64,000 bases of DNA from Deltaproteobacteria bacterium (GCA_028817435.1 JAPPPQ010000016.1:15073-79072); one strand, 5' to 3'. Counted from the first letter of the stretch, positions 47,484 to 55,920 are shown. Notes: a model not told the origin generated them from the letters alone. Made by a program: numbers and translations.

Positions 47484-48113
47484 GTGAAAGATTTGCCCGT
47501 GGAAATTCCGCAACTGGTCGCTCCCGGCAGCGCGGCGCTGGTGACGCAGGAGATTCAGCGCGGCGTGGTGGGCGATCTTTCGCCGCTGCCGGAGCTTGCC
47601 GCGCAGGCCGCGCCGATTTTTCCGAGGATTGCCGCGCTCTGCGAGGCGGCACGGGCTGTTTCGCTGCCCGTCTTGCATTGCACGGCGGAGCGCAGGGCAG
47701 ACGGGCAGGGCGCCAACACCAACGCGCGCATTTTCGGCTACATGGCGAAATCCGAACCGAAGCTGCTGCCGGGATCGGCGGCGGCGCAGATTGTCCCCGA
47801 AGTGCCGGTGCGCGAATCCGATCTGCTGTTGCCGCGGCTGCACGGCCTTTCGCCCTTTCAGGGCACAGAGCTCGACTTTGTGCTGCGCAACATGGGCGTG
47901 CGCAACATCATCGCCGTGGGCGTCTCGGTGAATGTCGCCATAACCAACCTGGCCTTCGACGCCGTGAACGCGGGCTACCAGGTGGTGATTCCCCGCGATG
48001 CCGTGGCGGGCGCGCCGCCGGAGTTCGTGGAGATGGTGTTCCGGCACACGCTGCGCAATGTGGCGACGGTGTGCAGCAGCGCCGAAGTGCTCGCCGCCTG
48101 GGGGCGCGGCTGA
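47484..48113 (+). CDS. Isochorismatase-family cysteine hydrolase
   Basis: GTG 47484. ALVTQEIQ, NIIAVGVSVNVAITNLAFDA (the usual Cys position reads V-A-I, so the catalytic status is unclear). Confidence 0.65.
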   Translation: MKDLPVEIPQLVAPGSAALVTQEIQRGVVGDLSPLPELAAQAAPIFPRIAALCEAARAVSLPVLHCTAERRADGQGANTNARIFGYMAKSEPKLLPGSAAAQIVPEVPVRESDLLLPRLHGLSPFQGTELDFVLRNMGVRNIIAVGVSVNVAITNLAFDAVNAGYQVVIPRDAVAGAPPEFVEMVFRHTLRNVATVCSSAEVLAAWGRG

Positions 48114-48829
48114 TGGCCGCCGAGCCGCAGCCCTCTGCCACCGTGGTGTTGCTGCGCGCTGCGCCCGCGCCCGGCGCGCAGCAGGATTTCGAACTGCTGC
48201 TGTTGCAGCGCAGCAGCCGCGATGGCAGGCCGGGGCCTTGGGTGTTTCCCGGCGGCCGCGTGGAGGCCGCCGATATCGCAAGCGCGGACGGCGCGCCGGG
48301 CGCAAGCGCCGCGCTGGCCCATGCGCGGGCCGCGGCGGTGCGCGAAACCCGGGAGGAAGCCGGGCTGGAGCTCGACGCCGCCACACTCGCGCCAATTTCG
48401 CGCTGGATCACCCCCGAGATTGCGCCCAGGCGCTTCGATACCTGGTTCTTTCTCGGCCGGGTGGGCGGCGCGGGCGCGGCTTCCGAGGTGGCGGTGGATG
48501 GCCGGGAAATCTGCGCGCACCGCTGGCTCATGCCCCGCGTTGCGCTGGACGGGCAGCGCAACAGCGAACTGCATCTTGCGCCGCCCACTTTCGTTACGCT
48601 GTGCTGGCTCGCCGAATTCAGCCGGGTTGCAGATGCGTTGCGCGAGCTGCCCGCCCGCGAGTTCATCACCTTTCGCCCGCGCGTGTTTCGCAGCGGCGCG
48701 GGCGCGATTATGCTGTATCCGGGAGACGCCGGTTACGAATCCGGCGACCCCGCCGCCGCCGGCCCCCGCCACCGGCTGCGCAGCGACGGCAGCCAGCGCT
48801 ACGCCTACGAGCGCGGACCTTACTCGTAG
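48113..48829 (+). CDS. NUDIX-family hydrolase
   Basis: ATG 48113 (TGATG overlap). WVFPGGRVE ... AAVRETREEAGLEL, a Nudix-box-like motif with an insertion. Confidence 0.6.
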   Translation: MAAEPQPSATVVLLRAAPAPGAQQDFELLLLQRSSRDGRPGPWVFPGGRVEAADIASADGAPGASAALAHARAAAVRETREEAGLELDAATLAPISRWITPEIAPRRFDTWFFLGRVGGAGAASEVAVDGREICAHRWLMPRVALDGQRNSELHLAPPTFVTLCWLAEFSRVADALRELPAREFITFRPRVFRSGAGAIMLYPGDAGYESGDPAAAGPRHRLRSDGSQRYAYERGPYS

Positions 48830-50472
48830 ATAAGCCGCCCGCGCTCGCCGTGCATGGCGTCGAGCATATGCTCCACGCGGGGCGAGGGGGCCATGCCGGG
48901 CGCGGCGCGCTCCTGCAGCTCGGCGCTGGGGCGCGGATAGCTGGCCCAGTCTTTGGGCGCGCGCCAGCCGGGCGGCGGCACCAATTGCGCGCGCGCGCCG
49001 TGGATGGGATGCAGGCTGCGCCAGCGGTGCAGATCTTGCGCCAAGCGGCGCACCACCTGCGGGCGCTGCGAGGCCAAATCGGTGAACTCGTGGGGATCTT
49101 CCGAGAGATCGAAGAGCATATTCTTCACGCTGGTGCTCTCCAGTTCCTGTTCGATGTGCTGCACCAGTTTGAAGCGCCCGTCCAGCACGGCGAGCTTGAA
49201 GCTGCCGTGAATGGGAATTTCACAGGCGAAGCGCAATGGTTCGCGGCGCTTTGGTTTTGCGCCCGTTGTCAGGGCGGGCCACATATTGATGCCGTCGAGG
49301 CGCTTTTTCGCCAGCACCTTCACCCCGGCGGCGGCGGCCAGGGTGGGAAACACATCCCAGGCCGACATTACCTGGTTCATCTTCGAGCCCGCCGCTACCT
49401 GGCCGGGCCAGCGCAGCGCGGCGACCACGCGAATGCCGCCCTCAAACACCTCGCCCTTGCCTCCGCGCAGCGGCGCGTTGGCCGCGCCGCCCGCGCCCAC
49501 CGTGGTCTGCCCGCCGTTATCGCTGAAGAAGAGCACGATGGTGTTCTCCGCAATGCCCTCGTCTTCCAGCGTGCGCAGCACGCGGCCCATGGCGCGGTCC
49601 ATGCCCTCCACCACCGCCGCATACACCGGCCGCAGGCTCTGCACCAGGCCGAGCCTTGCGAGCCAGCGCGAATAACCGCTGGTGCCCCGCGCCGCGGGGC
49701 GGTCGTCGGGGAGATCGGCGTATTTCTGCAGCAGATCGTTGGGGGCGGCCAGCGGCGTGTGCGGCGCAATCATCGGCACATACAAAAAGAATGGACGCGA
49801 GGGATCGCGCGCGCGAATCCAGCGCGAAGCTTCCGCTGCCACCAGTTCCGGCTCCCAGCCTTCTTCTTCGATGGAAACGCCGTTGCGCTGAAAGTCGCGC
49901 CCGCCCTGGTTGGCAAAGGGCGGGAAGTATCCGACCTCTGTATGCAGGTGGCCGTAGAAGTGATCGAAGCCGCGCGCGCGGGGCGTGTAGGTTTCCTGGG
50001 CGTGGCCCAAATGCCACTTGCCGGTAATGGCGGTCTGGTAGCCGGCCGCCCGGAAAGATTCGGGCATAAAGTGTTCCTCGGGGTGCACGCCCGCGTTGTC
50101 CCAGGGCAAAATGACGCTGTATATCAGGCCGAGCTTGAGCGGGTCGCGCCCCGTCATGAGCGCGGCGCGGGTGGGCGAGCAGATTGGCTGGGTGTAAAAG
50201 CGCCCGAGCTCCGCGCCCTCTGCCACCAGGCGGTCAATGGTCGGCGTCTGAATGGGGCTGCCGCGAAAAGAGACATCCGCCCAGCCGAGATCGTCGGCCA
50301 GAAAGATGATGATGTTGGGCTGCGCGGGGGCGGGCGCTGCAGACTCTGCGGGCGCTTGCGGTTGCGCCGCCGTGGCCGCCGGAGCCAGCAAAAGCAGCGG
50401 GGTCAGCAGGGCCAGCAAGGCCAGCCGCGCCGGGGTTGCGGGCAGCGGGCTCGCGGATTTTGCGCTTCGCAC
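48820..50472 (-). CDS. Arylsulfatase (formylglycine-dependent sulfatase family), secreted
   Basis: GTG 50472 with AAGGAGG 7 nt upstream. Signal ARLALLALLTPLLLLAPAATA. IIIFLADDLGWADV and CSPTRAALMTGR (C-x-P-x-R). Confidence 0.85.
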   Translation of the reverse strand: MRSAKSASPLPATPARLALLALLTPLLLLAPAATAAQPQAPAESAAPAPAQPNIIIFLADDLGWADVSFRGSPIQTPTIDRLVAEGAELGRFYTQPICSPTRAALMTGRDPLKLGLIYSVILPWDNAGVHPEEHFMPESFRAAGYQTAITGKWHLGHAQETYTPRARGFDHFYGHLHTEVGYFPPFANQGGRDFQRNGVSIEEEGWEPELVAAEASRWIRARDPSRPFFLYVPMIAPHTPLAAPNDLLQKYADLPDDRPAARGTSGYSRWLARLGLVQSLRPVYAAVVEGMDRAMGRVLRTLEDEGIAENTIVLFFSDNGGQTTVGAGGAANAPLRGGKGEVFEGGIRVVAALRWPGQVAAGSKMNQVMSAWDVFPTLAAAAGVKVLAKKRLDGINMWPALTTGAKPKRREPLRFACEIPIHGSFKLAVLDGRFKLVQHIEQELESTSVKNMLFDLSEDPHEFTDLASQRPQVVRRLAQDLHRWRSLHPIHGARAQLVPPPGWRAPKDWASYPRPSAELQERAAPGMAPSPRVEHMLDAMHGERGRLIYE

Positions 50473-50569
50473 GGGCTTGCCTCCTTTGCGCGCCGCTGGA
50501 CTGCGGCGGGTGCCGCGGCGGGCAGGGGGGGCTATGCTAGCGCGGCGGGGGAGAGAAAGGAGCAGAGCC

Positions 50570-51475
50570 GTGAGTGAGAACCAAGCGCCCATTCAGAAGG
50601 TGCGGCAGGTGCTGGCCGCCGGGCCGGTGCTGGAGGCAGAGGCAACGCCCCAGCAGATGCGCGACGGCATGAACAGCCTGCTCGGCGCAACCCCCGTCCC
50701 CGCCGAAGCGCAGATTACCGCCGCCGAGCTGGGCGGCGTGCCGGGCGAGTGGGTGGAAATGCCTGGGGCCGATGCGCAGCGCGCTGTGCTGTATCTGCAC
50801 GGCGGCGGCTATGTGCTCGGCTCTCCGCAGACGCACCACGCGCTCACCACCAAGCTGGCGCAGAGCGCGGGCGCGCGGCTCTTCAGCCTGGATTACCGCC
50901 TTGCGCCGGAGCACCCCTTCCCGGCGGCAGTCGAAGACGCCGCCGCCGCCTACCGCGCGCTGCTCGACGCCGGTTTTGACGCCTCGCAGGTTGCGGTGAG
51001 CGGCGATTCCGCGGGCGGCGGCCTGACCATGGCGCTGCTGCTCAAACTGCGCGACGAAGGCGCGCCCCTGCCCGCCGCCGCCGCTCCCATCAGCCCCTGG
51101 GTAGATCTCACCGGCGACGCCGAAAGCCTCATCACCCTGGCCGAGCGCGACCCCATCGTGCAACGCGACGGCCTGCTGCGCCTGGCCGGCTGGTATCTGG
51201 GCGGCGCAGACCCGCGCACCCCCCTGGCCTCGCCGCTGTTCGCCGACCTCTCCGGCCTGCCGCCGCTGCTCATCCAGGTTGGCAGCGACGAAACCCTGCT
51301 GGACGATTCCCGCAACCTGCACAAGCACGCCGAGGCCGCCGGCGTGCAATCCAAGCTCGAAATCTGGGACGACATGATCCATGTCTGGCACGCCTTCCAC
51401 TTCATGCTCCCCGAAGGCGCCCGCGCCCTCGAAACCATCGGCGCATTTTTCAAGGGGCATTGGGACGCTGCTTGA
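50570..51475 (+). CDS. Alpha/beta-hydrolase, hormone-sensitive-lipase-type esterase
   Basis: GTG 50570 after AAGGAG; alternative ATG at 50534. LYLHGGGYVLG (HGG oxyanion motif), GDSAGG (nucleophile elbow). Confidence 0.8.
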   Translation: MSENQAPIQKVRQVLAAGPVLEAEATPQQMRDGMNSLLGATPVPAEAQITAAELGGVPGEWVEMPGADAQRAVLYLHGGGYVLGSPQTHHALTTKLAQSAGARLFSLDYRLAPEHPFPAAVEDAAAAYRALLDAGFDASQVAVSGDSAGGGLTMALLLKLRDEGAPLPAAAAPISPWVDLTGDAESLITLAERDPIVQRDGLLRLAGWYLGGADPRTPLASPLFADLSGLPPLLIQVGSDETLLDDSRNLHKHAEAAGVQSKLEIWDDMIHVWHAFHFMLPEGARALETIGAFFKGHWDAA

Positions 51476-51547
51476 GGCGAAAACTTGGGGGTTGCGGAGT
51501 AGCTCTGGGTGAGCTACCGAGTTGATCCACGCCGGAGGAGAGAAATC

Positions 51548-52699
51548 ATGCCTGTTCGAGAATTCAGGAAGCCTGCTGTTTTGATCCAGCAGGGCAGGAA
51601 GAAGCTGTTCACCACATCTCTTACGGTAGAGGATTTCATGATCACCGGCTTCTATACCATAGACAAGTTGGATGCACATGAGGATGCGCAGGTGGACAAG
51701 GGCTTCCAGCGAATTTTGCAGGAGGATCGCGCTAAGAGACTGGCTAAGTATATGGTGGAATCCTGGAAGGAGAATCGGGAGGCATTTTTGCCTTCTTCGA
51801 TTTTCATGGCTACCGATAAGGATATCGAATTCGATAGCAACAGAAATGAAATTCATTTTGATATGAGCATTTGCCCGTTCAGCGTTGTTGACGGGCAGCA
51901 CAGAATTGAGGGCCTGAAGCAGGCAGCTTTGATAGATGAATCGTTGAAGGATTTTCCGGTTCCTGTGAACATCGCCGTCAATTTGACGCCAGTTGAGCAA
52001 ATGCTCCATTTCTATGTGGTCAATACGACGCAGAGGCCCGTAGATCCTGCTGTCGGAAATCGAATTTTGGCACGTCTCCATCATATGCGTGAAACTGAAG
52101 ATTTGCCCTATATCCCGTCTTGGATGAAGAGGCGGGTTGGCTCTGACGCGGATGCAGAGGCGATCAGCATAGTTACTCGCCTGAACTCCGATGATTCCTC
52201 TCCTTGGCGAGGCAAGATTCAGCTCGCAAATCAGCCAAAGGATAAGAAGTCTCATACCATTACCGAGAAATTCCTCGTTTCGGTAATAAAGAGCAACATA
52301 CTTTCATCGGGGCATCCGTTGAGGGCTTTTCGTTCAGAGGAGAGGCGCAATCGAATATTCATCAGTTATTGGAATGCCGTCGTAAACAAATTCACAACAG
52401 AATCAACCAGGAATAACACTGTTGTTTTCAAGTCAGTGGGGGCATGGTTCTTTGCCCGACTTTCTTCTGTCATGATTTCTCATGCGGCGCGCTTCAAGCC
52501 GGCCTACAAAGTGACTGATTTCGAGGAGATATTCGATTCCGTGAAAGAGATATTGCCCTCCGATTTGTCGAAGCTCACGTTCCCCGATTGGTGGAAAAGC
52601 GGAGGCGAAGCTTCTGGGTGGAATAGGTCTGCTGCGGACAGGGCCGCAATTGAATTCAGCCAGTATGTGAACGACCTAGCTGAAGGAGAAGAACTGTAA
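51548..52699 (+). CDS. DGQHR-domain protein (DndB-like, ParB/sulfiredoxin fold)
   Basis: ATG 51548 after GGAGGAGAG. KGFQRILQEDRAKRLAKYM, FSVVDGQHRIEGL, FYVVNTTQRPV. The C-terminal ~180 aa carry no motif I recognise. Confidence 0.8.
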   Translation: MPVREFRKPAVLIQQGRKKLFTTSLTVEDFMITGFYTIDKLDAHEDAQVDKGFQRILQEDRAKRLAKYMVESWKENREAFLPSSIFMATDKDIEFDSNRNEIHFDMSICPFSVVDGQHRIEGLKQAALIDESLKDFPVPVNIAVNLTPVEQMLHFYVVNTTQRPVDPAVGNRILARLHHMRETEDLPYIPSWMKRRVGSDADAEAISIVTRLNSDDSSPWRGKIQLANQPKDKKSHTITEKFLVSVIKSNILSSGHPLRAFRSEERRNRIFISYWNAVVNKFTTESTRNNTVVFKSVGAWFFARLSSVMISHAARFKPAYKVTDFEEIFDSVKEILPSDLSKLTFPDWWKSGGEASGWNRSAADRAAIEFSQYVNDLAEGEEL

Positions 52700-53040
52700 T
52701 GAAAGTCTCAATTTTGCGTCCGGAATGCTCAAACGAGGTGGAATTTTCCGAAACTTCTGTTTTGGATATCCCGATGCTCCCCGGTTGTTATGTGTTGTCC
52801 AATTGGTCTAAGGACATTCTCTATATCGGACAGGCGAAGTCTCTTCGGAGTCGAATCTATTCTCACTTGGCTGATTTCGCAAAAATCTCAATGACTGCCA
52901 TGGGGAAGATATATTGGATTCACTATGCGCTTTATGACGAGTTCTCACTAAATCGGCTTGAGCGGGGGTGGACGCAGCAGCATGAGAATCACGAGGGCAG
53001 TCTCCCAATTTTGAACAGGATTCAACCTCCTTCCGTGTAG
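52699..53040 (+). CDS. Stand-alone GIY-YIG nuclease domain protein (UvrC/Cho-type N-terminal motif)
   Basis: 113 aa; TAATG overlap with the DGQHR gene and its own GAAGGAG RBS. LPGCYVLSNWSKDILYIGQAKSLRSRIYSH, LERGW, LPILNR (Tyr, Tyr, Arg, His, Glu, Asn set). Confidence 0.75.
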   Translation: MKVSILRPECSNEVEFSETSVLDIPMLPGCYVLSNWSKDILYIGQAKSLRSRIYSHLADFAKISMTAMGKIYWIHYALYDEFSLNRLERGWTQQHENHEGSLPILNRIQPPSV

Positions 53041-53051
53041 GCCCCACTCCG

Positions 53052-53085
53052 CTCACCCCGGGCGGGGGTGGCAGAGGGGGTGGGC
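53052..53085. repeat. Degenerate copy (30/34 nt) of the 3' end of the amidohydrolase gene; left arm of a direct repeat
   Basis: CTCACCCCGGGCGGGGGTGGC is identical at 53052-53072 and 54160-54180. Similarity continues for 13 nt with 4 mismatches. On the minus strand the relic still reads ...HPRPG-stop. Confidence 0.8.
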
Positions 53086-53105
53086 ATCCGGGCACTCTCA
53101 AGTTT

Positions 53106-53528
53106 TTAACGAGCGTCTAGCAGGCTCACATTGTATTGCTGTTGCCGATCCAGTATCTGGTCGTCAGTTGTTACCAGCGTCAAGTCTCTGTGTTCTGTCT
53201 GTGCAATGAGCAGGCGGTCAAAAGGATCCCTGTGTTGGCGGTCGAAATGCAGGTTGGCAACTGCGCGGGCATCTGCATGAGTGATATGAATGTTATGGAA
53301 CTTTTGTCCCTCTAGTGCTGGCCAGAAATGTTCAGAAAACGGCAAGAGATTGTCGGAAAAATCAATCTTCCCTAGCGGATACTTGATGCTGATCTCCCAA
53401 ATGGATACTGCACTCACTATGACTCGATTGTCCAGATTCTCAATAGCATTCTTCACCATTGCGGAGAGGTTTCCGAGTCCGGGATCTAGCCACCGTAGCA
53501 CGACGCATGTATCCAGAAGGAGATTCAT
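53106..53528 (-). CDS. vapC: PIN-domain toxin, VapC family
   Basis: 140 aa. MNLLLDTCVV (Asp), SIWEISIK (Glu), DPFDRLLIAQ (Asp), LVTTDDQI (Asp). Confidence 0.85.
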   Translation of the reverse strand: MNLLLDTCVVLRWLDPGLGNLSAMVKNAIENLDNRVIVSAVSIWEISIKYPLGKIDFSDNLLPFSEHFWPALEGQKFHNIHITHADARAVANLHFDRQHRDPFDRLLIAQTEHRDLTLVTTDDQILDRQQQYNVSLLDAR

Positions 53529-54106
53529 CAGTTTTTAGTCGAGCTGCCGAATATCTCATCAAGGGAGATGGGCTTGTCGAAGTCAGGAGAGATCCAGAGT
53601 TTTCCGGCCAATGCGCCGGGCTTGCGGGGCTTCAAGTGCTGTTTTGAGTTTTTCAAATTTCCTATGAATTTCTGATCAAGAGCGAACTTGCTGATTGTCT
53701 TCCGGCTTTCGATCTTGATATTGAATTCGGCGTGGCGAATCTTGTTGCTTTCGTATTTGGCGAACTTATTGGCCGCAGACAGAGTGTCATTCGAGAGGTT
53801 TTTCATCTTCCCTTGCTTAATGTCGTTAAGCGTGGCTTCTATGTCCTCGCAAACGAGAACAGGCGAGAGCTTTTCGGATTTCGGGTGGGCTTCGAATACT
53901 ATTGTGATGGGGCTGGAATGCGACAATTGCACGAGGCGGAATATTACCTGTCCCTTGGGCACTCCCTGGCGCTTGGCGCATTCCTTTTCGCGGATTTTCA
54001 AGAATTTGGAGAGGGCATTGCTCTTGCCCAACACATCCAAGTCGAGGTATCCGCCGTTTTCGGCGGCGCTGTGAAGGATCAGGGAGATTTGGTTGCGCTT
54101 TGCCAT
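53528..54106 (-). CDS. Putative VapC-cognate antitoxin with an atypically long N-terminal region of unknown fold
   Basis: ATG 54106 after AGGAAGG; the longest ORF starts at 54145. Its stop overlaps the vapC ATG (TGATG). The C-terminal GKLWISPDFDKPISLDEIF resembles the DFD-x-P toxin-binding tail of PIN-associated antitoxins. Confidence 0.55.
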   Translation of the reverse strand: MAKRNQISLILHSAAENGGYLDLDVLGKSNALSKFLKIREKECAKRQGVPKGQVIFRLVQLSHSSPITIVFEAHPKSEKLSPVLVCEDIEATLNDIKQGKMKNLSNDTLSAANKFAKYESNKIRHAEFNIKIESRKTISKFALDQKFIGNLKNSKQHLKPRKPGALAGKLWISPDFDKPISLDEIFGSSTKN

Positions 54107-54159
54107 TGGCCTTCCTGATTCTAGTGGCTCCGGGGAGGCTGTCAAGTAGGAAATTCGGC

Positions 54160-54193
54160 CTCACCCCGGGCGGGGGTGGCGGAGGAGGCGGCC
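54160..54193. repeat. Right arm of the direct repeat; forms the functional 3' end of the amidohydrolase gene
   Basis: See 53052-53085. On the minus strand it encodes ...GRLLRHPRPG-stop. Confidence 0.8.
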
Positions 54194-55882
54194 GGGGAGG
54201 GCGCCGGTGAACTCGTCGTTTTCGATGGTGATTTCGCCGGAGACGATGGTGTGGCGGTAGCCGCGGGCGCGTTGCATGAAGCGGCGGCCGCCTGCGGGGA
54301 GGTCGAAGATCATCTCCGGCGGCTCAAGGCGCAGAGAGTCCAGGTCAATCACATTCACATCGGCCTTTTTGCCCACTTCCAGGGTGCCGCGGTCGCAGAG
54401 GCCGTAGAGGTCGGCGGTGTCTTTGGTCATGCGCTTCACGGCGAATTCCAGCGGCAGGCGCGGGCCGCGGGTGCGGCCCTTTACCCAGTGGGTGAGCATG
54501 AAGGTCTGAATAGAGGCGTCGCAGATCATGCCGCAGTGAGCGCCGCCGTCGCCCAGGCCGAGCGCGGCGCGCGGGTGCTGCATCATCTCGCGGATGGGCT
54601 CGGCGCACAGCGCGCTGTAGTTGAGCGCGGGCAGCAGCAGCAGTTCGCGGCCATCGCGCTCGAGCATGCGGTCGTAGAGCAGCTCGATGGGGTCGCGCCC
54701 GCTGCGCTTTGCCTGCGCCTCAATGGAGTCCTCGTAAGAGGGCTCGTAGTTGGGCGGATCGCCCATGGGAAAGGTCTTTTGCATTTGGGTGAGCAGGGCG
54801 CTTGCGCCGCCGCCCTCTTCGGAGAGAATGCGGCGCTTCAGTTCGGGATTGCGCAAGCGGCGGATGCGCTCGTCAAAGGGCAGCTTGAGCAGCGCGGCGT
54901 AGCTGGGGCGGTCGGAGAAAGGATGCAGTTCGGTCTGGTGGCCGATCAGCAGGCCGAAGGGGCGGCCCGCCACTTGCGGGAAAATCTCTGCGCCCTGTTC
55001 GGCGGCCGCCGCCGAGCGGCGCAGCAGTTCGCGCCACAGGTCGGGCGCGGCATCCACCTGCAGCAGCGCAAAGGTCACAGGGCGGCGGATTTCGCGCGAG
55101 AGCCGCACCATCCAGTCGAGTTCGCGGGCGGGCGCCGCCACATCTTCGCCGGCTGCGCCGGCGCCGGCTACCTCGAAAATGCCCGCGCCGCATTCGCCGA
55201 GCACGCGGCCAATGCCGAAGAGCTCGTCTTCGGCGGCGAAGGTGCCCGGCACCGGCTCGCCGCTGATGGCGCGGTGGGCGATGGTGCGCGAGGTGGAAAA
55301 GCCCAGCGCGCCGGCGTCCATGCCCTCGCGCACCAGCGCGGCCATGGCGGCGATGTCTTCGGCGGTGGCGGGTTGGTTCTGCGCGCCGCGCTCGCCCATC
55401 ACATAGGTGCGCAGTGCGCCGTGGGGCAGTTGCGTGCCCAGATCCATGGAGAAGCGGCGGCGCTCCAGCGCGTCGAGAAACTCGGGGAAGCTCTCCCACT
55501 CCCAGCAGATGCCCTCGTGCAGCGCCGCGCCGGGAATGTCCTCGACGCCCTCCATCAGCTCGACCAAAAAGCCCTGCTGCCCTGGGCGCACCGGCGCAAA
55601 GCCCACGCCGCAGTTGCCCACCACCACGCTGGTAACGCCGTGATAGCAGGAGGGCGCGAGCTGCGAATCCCAGGTGGCCTGCCCGTCGTAATGGGTGTGG
55701 ATATCCACGAAGCCGGGGGTGACCACAAGGCCCTCGGCGTCAATGCTGCGCTTTGCGTGGGCCGCGCCGCAATCGCCAAGCGCCGCGATGCGCCCGTCCG
55801 CCAGCGCCACATCGCCCCGGCGCGGCGCTGCGCCCGTGCCGTCCACCAACATTCCGCCGCGAATCACGAGGTCGTAGCTCAT
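54161..55882 (-). CDS. N-acyl-D-amino-acid deacylase (D-aminoacylase) family amidohydrolase
   Basis: 573 aa. MSYDLVIRGGMLVDGTG, VVTPGFVDIHTHYD (metal-binding HxH), and a C-terminal beta-domain. Confidence 0.85.
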   Translation of the reverse strand: MSYDLVIRGGMLVDGTGAAPRRGDVALADGRIAALGDCGAAHAKRSIDAEGLVVTPGFVDIHTHYDGQATWDSQLAPSCYHGVTSVVVGNCGVGFAPVRPGQQGFLVELMEGVEDIPGAALHEGICWEWESFPEFLDALERRRFSMDLGTQLPHGALRTYVMGERGAQNQPATAEDIAAMAALVREGMDAGALGFSTSRTIAHRAISGEPVPGTFAAEDELFGIGRVLGECGAGIFEVAGAGAAGEDVAAPARELDWMVRLSREIRRPVTFALLQVDAAPDLWRELLRRSAAAAEQGAEIFPQVAGRPFGLLIGHQTELHPFSDRPSYAALLKLPFDERIRRLRNPELKRRILSEEGGGASALLTQMQKTFPMGDPPNYEPSYEDSIEAQAKRSGRDPIELLYDRMLERDGRELLLLPALNYSALCAEPIREMMQHPRAALGLGDGGAHCGMICDASIQTFMLTHWVKGRTRGPRLPLEFAVKRMTKDTADLYGLCDRGTLEVGKKADVNVIDLDSLRLEPPEMIFDLPAGGRRFMQRARGYRHTIVSGEITIENDEFTGALPGRLLRHPRPG

Positions 55883-55920
55883 GGCTCCTCCCCAGGCGCT
55901 GCTTCGCAGCGCGAAAATGC

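Larger units (their letters stand above)
51480..54158. other. Low-GC islet (about 45 % GC versus about 67 % in the flanks), putatively horizontally acquired
   Basis: I counted G+C by hand in 60-nt lines. Lines 51601, 52741 and 53701 each gave 27/60, while flank line 51301 gave 40/60. All four genes here lack any metabolic link to their neighbours. Confidence 0.65.

Noticed and set aside
48820-48829. 10-nt convergent overlap of the NUDIX and sulfatase 3' ends
   Set aside because: Short convergent overlaps are common in compact high-GC genomes. No hairpin or regulatory feature is evident.
52808-53101. 97-aa minus-strand ORF inside the low-GC islet
   Set aside because: It overlaps the 3' two-thirds of the GIY-YIG gene in antisense. 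It has no RBS or motif, and its start lies in the relic repeat.
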